Source: an uncultured Planctomycetia bacterium | Lineage (GTDB): Bacteria > Omnitrophota > Gorgyraeia > JABMRG01 | Length of the DNA: 64,000 nucleotides | Assembly (NCBI GenBank): GCA_964634945.1 | Contig: CAZWMG010000004.1 | Span: 52,528-116,527, forward strand | Direction of reading: 5' to 3' | In this document: piece after piece, positions 32,039 to 41,491 of the stretch | How the letters are laid out: each line of letters begins with the position of its first letter | Numbering within the stretch: position 1 is the first letter of the stretch | The notes under the pieces: model-generated | What the model was told of the DNA's origin: nothing | The model's input: only the letters and a program-made list of their open reading frames with translations | Databases searched by the model: none | Program-made: the position numbers and the translations under genes

Positions 32039-32098
32039 TATAAAAACTATATAGCTGTAAGTTGTAAGTTTTAAGTCGTAAGTCCTAAGCATTAACTT

Positions 32099-32146
32099 CA
32101 AGACCGGTTCTCAAGCACAGGTGGTTGTGCTTGAGAACCGGTCTTG
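32099..32146. repeat. 48-bp perfect palindrome (21-bp stem), copy 1
   Basis: CAAGACCGGTTCTCAAGCACA-GGTGGT-TGTGCTTGAGAACCGGTCTTG; inverted copy at 61691-61738. Confidence 0.9.
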
Positions 32147-32287
32147 TCAAGTAGTTAATAATTTTATATGTTTTAATCTGTTTTTCTTGACTTAACCCCA
32201 TATATAGTGTATATATAAGGTATGAAACGAGGCTTTATTTGCCTTATTAATACATACTTTTAAAAACATAATAGTAACGAGATAAAG

Positions 32288-35200
32288 ATGACAAAAAAAA
32301 CTATAACACTTATACTTATAATAAGTTATATCATAACATCTAGCGGTCCTTGCTACGGTTTCGGCGCTAAGACGCTATTCACGCGCAAATCTCATGCACA
32401 AAGGCATGTAAATGCTTCTGCCAAGGCTGCGGAGAAGGATATTCTGGAGGCTTCTTCATCTCTTAGTATACCAAAAAGCCTCGGCCGCGTAGTTGAATCC
32501 TATAAAGGCAAAAATAAGAAGTTAATAATCCATATTCAGGACCGCCACGTAGACCCGGTTACGCAGAACAATATCGCGTCAATAATAGAGGCCTTGAATC
32601 TGCAGCACAATATTTATCTTATGTGCCTTGAAGGCGCTTTTAATGAACTTGATACATCGTTTTACAATAGTTTTGAGGATGCAGTGCTAAAAAAGAAGGT
32701 TGCGGAGGTTTTTGTGCAACAAGGCCTTTTTACAGGCCCGGAATTCTACAAGATAACCAATGCGGAAAATTACATAAGGGCCGTTGGCGCGGAGGATCGT
32801 GCGTTATATTTAAAACATCTTGCCAATTATAAGGAGAACCAGATCAATAAAGATGAAATTACAAGGCTCCTCAGGCATATGGGCAAAGCTACAGACGCGC
32901 TTAAGAAGCATGTTTTCTCTAAGGAGTTGATAGCATTAGACAAGGTTTCTCGCGATTACGTTAACAAGCAGATCGACCTGCCTGAATATCTTCTCCAGCT
33001 GAACGCGTATGCAGCCAAGTCCGACATATTGCCAGAGGAGTATTCTAATCTAAACAAATTTATCCATCTTACGGAAAGAGAACGCAGCATAGATTTTAAA
33101 GCAGCGGAGCAAGAGAGAGAATCGCTGATAAGATATTTTTCAGAGCGCCTGCCAAAAGAAGGCGTCCAGGCGCTCGTCCAATTAAGCCTTGATTTCCGTT
33201 CAAACAAGGTCTCAGATATTGTTTTTCACGACTACCTTGAGAGCTTAGCAGTTGAGCATGGGTTAAATAGCGCTATTTATAAAAACCTTGTTGCGTATAC
33301 AGAATATTTGAGGCTTTCTAGGGAGATAAACCATCTAAAGGTCTTTGATGAAGCACAAGATCTAGAGGAAAGAACGCAGATAGCGCTTTGCAATAACCAA
33401 GACCAGCAGAGCCTTGTTCAATATTCAAAATCAGTGAGCATGTTAAAAGATCTATATGCACTCAAGCTTACGCATCGTCATCTAGATTATATGGACGAGC
33501 ACCCGGGCTCGTTTGATATAGCAAACATACAAAAGTTTTTAAACAAAACATCTGCCAAATACGGCTTAGATACATTGTTAACCGATAGCTTAATAAGCCC
33601 GGATAGGCAGGCGCTTAATAATTCAAAAGAATTTTACCGCCTCGCGCTAATGCGTGACATTGCCCTTACAGACAACACATTAAAGCGCATGAAGCAGTAT
33701 CGTAAGGACAAGGCGATTCTTGTTACAGGAGGCTTTCATACTCAGGGCATAACAAATATTTTAAGGAAAAAAGACATATCATATGTTGTCATATGTCCTA
33801 CCATAGGCCTTAATGATTGCGATAAGATCTACGAAAAGCGGATAAATGGCACTCTTCCTAGTATGTATGCGTTGCAAACAGCATTGGCTAATATGTTATC
33901 TGTGCAGCTTAAGTCTGGCGAGGCTGATGTGCAGGAGCTCTTTTCTAAGGCCTACCAGAGCGTTTCTCAGCCTGCTGTAGAAGCCCAGGATATATTGATA
34001 GCCAAAGCCTCGTCATCAGGATTAGGTGGTTATGTAGTCAAAAACTTAATAGTTGCTGCAACAGTAGCGCTATTGGGAACAGGGATTTATATCCAGCAGT
34101 CTTCAGTAAGTTCTCAGAAAGACGCAATGGATACATTTGTGATAGCAAAGGCATTGCCATCGGATCAGTGGCAGATTATTTTAGATACATTAAGAGAGAT
34201 TTACGCCCTTATAAAAGACATAGAAGCGCCGAAGCCGCGCCAGATGGAGATGAAATTCAAGGTTGGCAAGGCGGCACGCATTTTACGTGATTACATAACG
34301 AATAATTTAGATAGTATACATAAGTATGCTAAGGAGGAGGGGATAGAACCGAATTATCTTGCGGCAATAATCATAGCAGAGCAGATGGATATAGACGAAT
34401 TTAGTTTAAAAGGTGAGGGCACAGATAAGATTCTGCCGCGTCTTCATATACGTGATACATCGCGGGGCCCGGGGCAGATAACAGAGCGGGCGCTTAAAAA
34501 GCATTGTAAAGAGACGCGGTGGCCCGCGTATGATAATCGATCTACGGAAGAGCTCTCCGATTCCGAGATAAATGCTATCCTAATGGGTGAAGGGGGCAAC
34601 CTGACAGACCACATAAGGGCGATAGCGATAATCTTAAGGGGAAAACGTGATTCTATTAAAGATTCTGCCGCGCTCTCTCTTGTTCAAGGCAAGCTGCAGT
34701 TAGGCGCGCTTTATACATCAACATACAGGGGCCTCGTAAAGGAGGATAAGGAGGATTTCTGTACATTCAGACAACTAAGAGAGAGCGAAAAAATACGGAC
34801 ACAGGTTTATGCGCATGCTGTAATTATCTATGAAGACTTTGTAAGCAAATGGCTGCGCTACCATAAATATGCATATGTGCCAGATGACATGTTATCTATG
34901 ACACTGCCTACCGATAACGCGGTTGATAGCGGCGCTGACGGCATTCAAGATATACAGGCAAAGGCCTCATCATCAGGCAGGAAGATAATGCATGTATGGG
35001 AGAATGGACACCCTGTCCTACCAGGGGGTTCACAAGCTACGCTTATGGCAGGATTAGGCGTATGTTTTGCAGTAGCTGCTAAACATACAAAAACAGAAGA
35101 AAGGTATATGGCGCACCTGTATCCGCTTCGACAAACAGGGGGCGCAGCAGGGAACTGGAAAGACGCGTATATCAATACGATGCTTAGCCGGCTCGATAGT

Positions 35201-38200
35201 TTCAATGTTCAACCACCAGGCCACAGGATAGATAAAGCCCGTAAGGGGAATGGATGGAATGCCGTTGTTATCCCGTCAGGTAAAGAGCTTGACGGTTATC
35301 CAAAAGAGGATAGAATCACGTTAGAGGACATAACAGAGAGGCTGGAGGCGGCTGGTGTAGATTTTATCGCAGACATTAACAGGGCCCACAAGTTAGTTAG
35401 ATTCCAAAAAGACGGCTCCATAAATATTATTCTGCCGGAAACGCCGGAAGCCTCTTATGACATTACTGCGCTGACGAAGGCTTCATCATCAGGCCGCGAT
35501 ATAGACAGAGGCTCTTTTTATAATCTTATACCTTCTGAAACCAGGCCAAGCGCAAAGATATATGATTACACCGATACAGAGGACAGGTATGAGATAATAG
35601 AATCGCTTAAGAGCAGTAATTGGTATTACCAGGCAGACGGTGATGGCCAGAAAGCCGCGATAATCAACAGGGCCTTTAACACGCTATCCGACTCTGCTAT
35701 TAACCAGCTAAAGAGTATTATAACAGAGCGCATGCAGGAAAACGGCAATGCTATAACAGAAGACACTATAGAGAGTATTATGGTATATGGAAGTTGGATA
35801 TATAATTTCGATGACAAGAAGATTTCTAATGATATCGATTTCGCGGTTATAGCAAAAGGAGATATACCCGTTCAGTCTATAAGAGGCGTAAGGATTCCGA
35901 AAACACTTTTTAAGGACACAGCCGATATAATACCGGTAGAACAAGCCGACATAAGGATTATAGGCACAGAACAACTCTTGTTAGCACCCGATGAAAAGGA
36001 GTACGAGACTACCCACTTTGAGGTATCTATGCAGGGCCACGGCATATTGCTCTGGGGCAGGAACTTCTTTCAGAGGCAGCCTATGGCGCACAATCTTATG
36101 GTGATGGCCAGAACGTTTTTATCTATTATGGAATTTTATCTGGATGTAAAATTACACAGCACGCATTATCCAGAAGAGTATTTAGATACTCTGAATAAAA
36201 GGCTGGATGAGGTGTATAATATTTTTAAGGTGCTGTTTAAAAATCTTGACCAGCCGGAACAGCCTTTAGCTGTAGGTATTATTCCCGTAGATAAGGCAGT
36301 AAAAGATATGAAGGCAGTAATGCGTAATGTAAGAAAATACTTAGACGGCTATTCTTATGAAGCGTTCCAGGATATCCTTAATACCGGTGTAGCGTCTGGA
36401 TTGAATGCACTTTATGTCCAGACCGAGACCAAGTTCATGAAAGAGTCGTTAGAAGCTCTTGGAAAAAAGACACAGGCCAGGACTTCATCATCAGGGGCAA
36501 TAATTACGCGCCCATTAGATAAGATACCGCCGGAAGAGATAAAGAATATTCTTGTTGTAGGTGATTACAAAAAGATAATACCAATGCCTAAATTAGGCGA
36601 GACAATAATAGATTTATGGCCGCTTGTTACTTCTCTTTGTAAGAAATACCCGGAATCAAAGATATTCGTATCAGCCCCTTATACGGAATTTTATTTAGCA
36701 GGCGACTTTAAGGGGCAGGTGGTCCCCATACCAAGCACAATAAAAGATATCCGTGACTGGGGCTACGCTAAATCAACATGGATTACAGATGATATTAACG
36801 GAGAGAAGGTATTGCGGTATAATGCGAAAGATATGTGCGCGTTAACACAGGCCGGCTATAAGGCGCGAAAGGAATTTATTCAGGACGAGATAATATTTGA
36901 GAGAAAACAGGAAGACCGGACAGGCGGTGAGGCGGGAACGGGAATCGATATGGTTTTTGATGTATCTGTGGCGCAGGGCCTGCGCAATGAGTTTTTAGGT
37001 AAGCAGCGCGGCAGACAGCCGTATTATTTTTCCATAGCCTCTTTTCTTAAGTATGCAAGCGCAACGAACGTATCCGTCGGACGCTATGATCAGGAATGTC
37101 CTGCGCAATACCGTGACAAGAAGGGTGATATTCACGACGTAAATTATGGTAATACGCTGGATGGCTTTCTTAACGTTCCTATGCTTAAACAGGCAGATAT
37201 ATGGAAGGCATCAATCGCTATTACCGCCGGCCTGGGCCTTGATGTAACGCAAGATAGTCTCAGATATATAACTTTAACCGAAAGTGAACGCCAAAACGCG
37301 ATAAGTTTTTTATCAGAAGTAAGCGGTATTTTTGATGGAAAGAACGAGACTGCTATTTTTGATACGACGAAGAAGATTATTCTTGTTAATGTATACGCAC
37401 AGACACAAAGTGTTTTAATGGGTTATACAATCGACCAGCAGATAGACACTTGGGTAGATTGCATAAGCACAACTCTCAAATCAATGAGAAACACCTATAT
37501 TGTTTTTACGAGAGGCGGGGAGATGGATGATAACTATACGTTTGTTGACCAGGTTGCAAGGGAGCTGATAAAAAGAAGCAAGGGCTCTGTCGCTCCACAT
37601 CAGAACGCTGTAATCCTGCCAAAAGAATCATTATATTCAAGGATTAACGAGGTTGTTGGCTTATCAGATGCGGTAATAACCCTGGATACGGGTATGAGCC
37701 ATTATGCTAACGGGGTATTTAATAAGCCTACACTCCTTATTACATCATCCAATATTCTGCACTGGGCTGCACCAAGAGAGAATGTATACCCGATAATACG
37801 CACCACGATACCGCAAAAAAATACTCACTATACAGAATTAGACAGTATTAAGCACGCAACCATGCTTTTGAACGCATTGTTAGGTGTAAAATCAGTCCGT
37901 GAAATACTTAAAAGCAGAAAACAGGCCAAGGCATTATCGTGGCTCGATTCCAATGATAGAATGCAGCAGCTCAGGACGCTTATGCAGCGCAAGTACGACC
38001 CTGCCGCAGAGATAGTTATGGATGATGTTGTGGATCAAATATTTCCAAAAGTTGTAGCGGATTTTATCGAGAAGAAAGCCGGGCGAAACGCAGAATATCT
38101 TTGGCCGCTTAGTGTTTCACCTAAAGCCTCTTCCGCTGGTACGAAGATATTGGATGAGGAATTATATTATGACGTAAGCGAGGCTATAGAGAAGAGCATA

Positions 38201-38890
38201 GAGCCTCTTTATGAGAAGGCCAGCAGTCTTGGGCTTGGGCGGCTGACATTTATTACAACGGTGCGCGAACTTACAGAGATAGATAAGAAACATTTAAGAA
38301 ACCTCGCCAGGCAAAATTCAGGGCTGCCGGATGATGCCCCGAAAAAGATAACCATAATAGCCTTGCACGATCAGCTGATAGGCGCGCTGAAAGGGTGCGG
38401 TTTTACTGATACAGGCGCCAGGCCTTCTGTGTTAGGTGTTAATTCCTTCAGTTTCTTGCCGGACTTTTTGGGCAGGGGCTGGGATAACATAGATGACGAT
38501 GAAAAGATGGCTATGGTAGCTGCGCATGCACGCACTCAGAATAAGGCCGTCATAACGATAACGGATGATATAGCTGCACAGGGTATCGCCTCTGTGATAC
38601 CCGCATACCTAAACGACAGGATGAAAGGAAGAGTCGTTATAGCGTCTATGAAAGGGGCAGAGCAAAAGACGCGGATCGGATACGATACAATAGAAGAAAA
38701 CGGCATACTCTTTAGTGCGATACTCGCCAATGCCGTTAAGGAGATAGGCACACAACTTATAGGGAGCAAGGATCAGGAATTATTTATACTGAATATATTG
38801 CCGCCTATTAATAGCAAGGCATTCGAAGAATTTATTCATAGCCTCATGGATATCAAAACCGCGGTTGAAGCAACTGCTTCAGCAGCCTAA
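32288..38890 (+). CDS. 2200-aa secreted modular polyprotein: EreA/TIKI-like domain, lysozyme-like, CheD-like deamidase, nucleotidyltransferase, GT9-like glycosyltransferase and tail, separated by [KR][AT]SS[SA]G linkers
   Basis: Uninterrupted ORF with signal peptide; motifs HIQDRH/LEG/GAED/TGGFH; LAAIIIAEQ..TSRGPGQI; AGLGVCFAV..MAHL; YGSW..NDIDF; ITLDTGMSHYA. Domain identities are motif-based inferences. Confidence 0.85.
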   Translation: MTKKTITLILIISYIITSSGPCYGFGAKTLFTRKSHAQRHVNASAKAAEKDILEASSSLSIPKSLGRVVESYKGKNKKLIIHIQDRHVDPVTQNNIASIIEALNLQHNIYLMCLEGAFNELDTSFYNSFEDAVLKKKVAEVFVQQGLFTGPEFYKITNAENYIRAVGAEDRALYLKHLANYKENQINKDEITRLLRHMGKATDALKKHVFSKELIALDKVSRDYVNKQIDLPEYLLQLNAYAAKSDILPEEYSNLNKFIHLTERERSIDFKAAEQERESLIRYFSERLPKEGVQALVQLSLDFRSNKVSDIVFHDYLESLAVEHGLNSAIYKNLVAYTEYLRLSREINHLKVFDEAQDLEERTQIALCNNQDQQSLVQYSKSVSMLKDLYALKLTHRHLDYMDEHPGSFDIANIQKFLNKTSAKYGLDTLLTDSLISPDRQALNNSKEFYRLALMRDIALTDNTLKRMKQYRKDKAILVTGGFHTQGITNILRKKDISYVVICPTIGLNDCDKIYEKRINGTLPSMYALQTALANMLSVQLKSGEADVQELFSKAYQSVSQPAVEAQDILIAKASSSGLGGYVVKNLIVAATVALLGTGIYIQQSSVSSQKDAMDTFVIAKALPSDQWQIILDTLREIYALIKDIEAPKPRQMEMKFKVGKAARILRDYITNNLDSIHKYAKEEGIEPNYLAAIIIAEQMDIDEFSLKGEGTDKILPRLHIRDTSRGPGQITERALKKHCKETRWPAYDNRSTEELSDSEINAILMGEGGNLTDHIRAIAIILRGKRDSIKDSAALSLVQGKLQLGALYTSTYRGLVKEDKEDFCTFRQLRESEKIRTQVYAHAVIIYEDFVSKWLRYHKYAYVPDDMLSMTLPTDNAVDSGADGIQDIQAKASSSGRKIMHVWENGHPVLPGGSQATLMAGLGVCFAVAAKHTKTEERYMAHLYPLRQTGGAAGNWKDAYINTMLSRLDSFNVQPPGHRIDKARKGNGWNAVVIPSGKELDGYPKEDRITLEDITERLEAAGVDFIADINRAHKLVRFQKDGSINIILPETPEASYDITALTKASSSGRDIDRGSFYNLIPSETRPSAKIYDYTDTEDRYEIIESLKSSNWYYQADGDGQKAAIINRAFNTLSDSAINQLKSIITERMQENGNAITEDTIESIMVYGSWIYNFDDKKISNDIDFAVIAKGDIPVQSIRGVRIPKTLFKDTADIIPVEQADIRIIGTEQLLLAPDEKEYETTHFEVSMQGHGILLWGRNFFQRQPMAHNLMVMARTFLSIMEFYLDVKLHSTHYPEEYLDTLNKRLDEVYNIFKVLFKNLDQPEQPLAVGIIPVDKAVKDMKAVMRNVRKYLDGYSYEAFQDILNTGVASGLNALYVQTETKFMKESLEALGKKTQARTSSSGAIITRPLDKIPPEEIKNILVVGDYKKIIPMPKLGETIIDLWPLVTSLCKKYPESKIFVSAPYTEFYLAGDFKGQVVPIPSTIKDIRDWGYAKSTWITDDINGEKVLRYNAKDMCALTQAGYKARKEFIQDEIIFERKQEDRTGGEAGTGIDMVFDVSVAQGLRNEFLGKQRGRQPYYFSIASFLKYASATNVSVGRYDQECPAQYRDKKGDIHDVNYGNTLDGFLNVPMLKQADIWKASIAITAGLGLDVTQDSLRYITLTESERQNAISFLSEVSGIFDGKNETAIFDTTKKIILVNVYAQTQSVLMGYTIDQQIDTWVDCISTTLKSMRNTYIVFTRGGEMDDNYTFVDQVARELIKRSKGSVAPHQNAVILPKESLYSRINEVVGLSDAVITLDTGMSHYANGVFNKPTLLITSSNILHWAAPRENVYPIIRTTIPQKNTHYTELDSIKHATMLLNALLGVKSVREILKSRKQAKALSWLDSNDRMQQLRTLMQRKYDPAAEIVMDDVVDQIFPKVVADFIEKKAGRNAEYLWPLSVSPKASSAGTKILDEELYYDVSEAIEKSIEPLYEKASSLGLGRLTFITTVRELTEIDKKHLRNLARQNSGLPDDAPKKITIIALHDQLIGALKGCGFTDTGARPSVLGVNSFSFLPDFLGRGWDNIDDDEKMAMVAAHARTQNKAVITITDDIAAQGIASVIPAYLNDRMKGRVVIASMKGAEQKTRIGYDTIEENGILFSAILANAVKEIGTQLIGSKDQELFILNILPPINSKAFEEFIHSLMDIKTAVEATASAA

Positions 38891-39030
38891 TGCTGGGACG
38901 GTCCTAAAGGGGACACCCCTGAGCGCGCTATCACACTGTTTTTTATGTTTTTACCAAACATTCTCAATAAGGAACATAAATTTTTTATTGTATTTTTTTA
39001 TTTAAAGCGCGCCCCTTCTACTTGTTTTCT

Positions 39031-39055
39031 ATTTCCTACTAAAATAGTAATATAT
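39031..39055. promoter_or_regulatory. Putative Rrf2 (IscR/CymR-type) operator upstream of cysK
   Basis: ATTTCCTACTAAAATAGTAATATAT, an ACT-N5-AGT core resembling IscR type-1 boxes; Rrf2 gene nearby. Confidence 0.45.
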
Positions 39056-39206
39056 TGCCCCTGTTTTTTACTATCAAAGTTGACAAAATGAGTATAATAT
39101 GCTACAGTTGGCACTATGCTTACAACATAGGAAAGCATTAAATGCCTATGTGCATATTTTTAACATTAGATTCTTAACAAAAACCGATAACCGGGCACCG
39201 AAAAAA

Positions 39207-40127
39207 ATGAGCTGTATATATAACGATATAACAGAGACCATAGGTAATACCCCTCTTGTAAGGATATCGAATATAAGTACCTTTGGAGCAAGAGTCCTGG
39301 TAAAACTCGAATCATTCAATCCTCTATCAAGCATAAAAGACAGAATAGGCATTGCTATGATACGAGATGCCGAAAAAAGAGGCCTGCTAAAAAAAGGTGC
39401 AACTATAATCGAGCCTACAAGCGGTAATACGGGTATCGCCTTAGCCTTTGCCGCTGCGGTCAAGGGGTATAGATTGATATTGACAATGCCGGATACTATG
39501 AGCATAGAGCGTCAAAAGCTCCTCAAGTTGATAGGCGCGGAGATAGTGCTTACTCCTGGTGAAAAAGGCATGAAAGGCGCGATTAAAAGAGCAGAAGAGG
39601 TCTTAGAGCAAACCCCTGGGGCATTTATGCCGCAACAATTTAAAAACCCGGCTAATCCACAGATTCATCGTGAGACCACAGCAAAAGAGATATTACAGGA
39701 TACGGAAAGACACGTAGATTTTTTTGTATCCGGCGTTGGTACGGGTGGCACATTGACAGGCATCGGTTCGGTTCTTAAAGAGAATATACCAACAGTAAAG
39801 ATTGTAGCGGTTGAACCAGAGGGTTCAGCTGTTCTTTCAGGTTCAAAGCCCGGGCCGCACAAGATACAGGGCATCGGTGCCGGCTTTATCCCAGAGATAT
39901 TACAAAAAGAGTTGATAGACGAGATTATAGTTGTAAGTAACGCTGATGCTAAGGATATGGCACAAGCCCTCGCCAAGAAAGAAGGGATATTAGCAGGCAT
40001 ATCAAGCGGCGCAGCGCTCTCAGCGGCTTTGAGTATCGCCAAAAGGCGTGATAGCAAGGGAAAGAACATAGTTGTGATCCTGCCTGATACAGGCGAGCGC
40101 TATCTTAGTACAGATCTTTTTGATTAG
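39207..40127 (+). CDS. cysK: Cysteine synthase A
   Basis: IGNTPLV, NPLSSIKDR, EPTSGNTG, GVGTGGT, HKIQGIGAG, PDTGERYLST. Confidence 0.97.
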   Translation: MSCIYNDITETIGNTPLVRISNISTFGARVLVKLESFNPLSSIKDRIGIAMIRDAEKRGLLKKGATIIEPTSGNTGIALAFAAAVKGYRLILTMPDTMSIERQKLLKLIGAEIVLTPGEKGMKGAIKRAEEVLEQTPGAFMPQQFKNPANPQIHRETTAKEILQDTERHVDFFVSGVGTGGTLTGIGSVLKENIPTVKIVAVEPEGSAVLSGSKPGPHKIQGIGAGFIPEILQKELIDEIIVVSNADAKDMAQALAKKEGILAGISSGAALSAALSIAKRRDSKGKNIVVILPDTGERYLSTDLFD

Positions 40128-40170
40128 ATTTTATTGATAATATATAAAAATCCCTCGCTATTGCTTGGGA

Positions 40171-40226
40171 TTAATTCGCCCCTCTTCTTGCTTTTGCAAG
40201 AAAGCAGAGGGGCTCATTAAGGAGAC
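40171..40226 (+). repeat. TTAA-bounded hairpin repeat ending in an RBS (copy 2)
   Basis: 52/56 nt identical to 24397-24452. Confidence 0.85.
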
Positions 40227-40230
40227 GATA

Positions 40231-41442
40231 ATGGCAAAGACATATGCCGAGATAAACAAAAAGATAAAACAGGGTAAGGCGGTTGTGGTAACAGCGGAAG
40301 AGGTCATAGGTATAGCGAAAAAAGAGGGTACAAAAAAGGCATCAGAAAGAATAGACGTTGTCACCACAGGGACATTTGGCCCCATGTGTTCTAGCAGTGC
40401 TTATTTTAATACAGGGCATACCAAGCCGAAGATAAAGCTTGGCGGTGGGAGAGCTACATTGAACAATGTTCCTGCTTATGCGGGACTTGCCGCGGCAGAT
40501 CTCTACATAGGTGCTTCAGTTTCAACCGAGGATGATCCTAAAAATAAAGTGTTCCCCGGAAAATTTGAATATGGCGGAGCCCATGTAATAGAGGATCTGG
40601 TAGCGGGCAAGGATATCAAGCTTTCTGCGACAGCCTATGGAACAGACTGTTACCCACGTAAAAAGCTTGATACTTATATCAATATAAAGGATCTTAACGA
40701 AGCGATCCTGTTTAACCCGCGCAATAGTTATCAGAATTATAACGTTGCTGTAAATCTTCATAAGGATAGGGCCATATATACATACATGGGTATACTAAAA
40801 CCCCAACTTGGAAATGCGAATTATTGTTCAGCCGGCCAGCTTTCGCCGCTCTTAAACGACCCATATTACAAGACAATAGGCATCGGCACGAGGATATTCT
40901 TAGCTGGCGGCGAAGGGTATATAGCATGGCATGGCACACAGCATAACCCGGGAGTAAAGCGCGCATCCAATGGCGTTCCAAAGGCACCGGCAGGTACAGT
41001 AGCAATAATAGGTGACCTAAAAGGCATGAAGTCAGAATGGCTGCGCGGAACTTCATTTGAAGGTTATGGAGTTACATTGGTTGTTGGACTTGGCATACCT
41101 ATACCGATACTCAACGAGGAGATGCTCAAATATACTGCGATAAAGGATGAAGATATATACACGCAGATCGTTGATTATTCCAGCGACTACCCAAATGGTG
41201 TATCGCGTTCGCTTGGTGAAGTAAATTACAAAGAGCTCAAGACAGGCAGTATAAAAGTAAAGGGCAAAGATGTGCCTACCGCCTCTTTGTCGAGCTATTC
41301 AAAAGCCAGGTCCATCGCGGAGGAATTAAAAGACTCAATTATAAAAGGCAAGTTCTTCTTAGGTGAGCCGGTCCAGCTGCTTCCTTCTTCGGATGCCGGT
41401 ATTAATTTTAAGCCCTTAAAAGAACGTCCTGTGCAAGATTAA
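40231..41442 (+). CDS. DUF39 homocysteine biosynthesis protein (L-aspartate semialdehyde sulfurtransferase family)
   Basis: KTYAEINKKI..GKAVVVTAEE, DVVTTGTFGPMCSS, YGGAHVIEDL, NPRNSYQNY, GQLSPLLNDP. Confidence 0.88.
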   Translation: MAKTYAEINKKIKQGKAVVVTAEEVIGIAKKEGTKKASERIDVVTTGTFGPMCSSSAYFNTGHTKPKIKLGGGRATLNNVPAYAGLAAADLYIGASVSTEDDPKNKVFPGKFEYGGAHVIEDLVAGKDIKLSATAYGTDCYPRKKLDTYINIKDLNEAILFNPRNSYQNYNVAVNLHKDRAIYTYMGILKPQLGNANYCSAGQLSPLLNDPYYKTIGIGTRIFLAGGEGYIAWHGTQHNPGVKRASNGVPKAPAGTVAIIGDLKGMKSEWLRGTSFEGYGVTLVVGLGIPIPILNEEMLKYTAIKDEDIYTQIVDYSSDYPNGVSRSLGEVNYKELKTGSIKVKGKDVPTASLSSYSKARSIAEELKDSIIKGKFFLGEPVQLLPSSDAGINFKPLKERPVQD

Positions 41443-41491
41443 GTATTTGCGGTAAGTTAGCGGTTTTTTCTCAGATATGGGAGGAGACGTT

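Noticed and set aside
38213-38233. EKASSLG, and LEASSSL near 32445, as further linkers
   Set aside because: Imperfect motifs and not at evident domain boundaries; EKASSLG uses AGY Ser codons.
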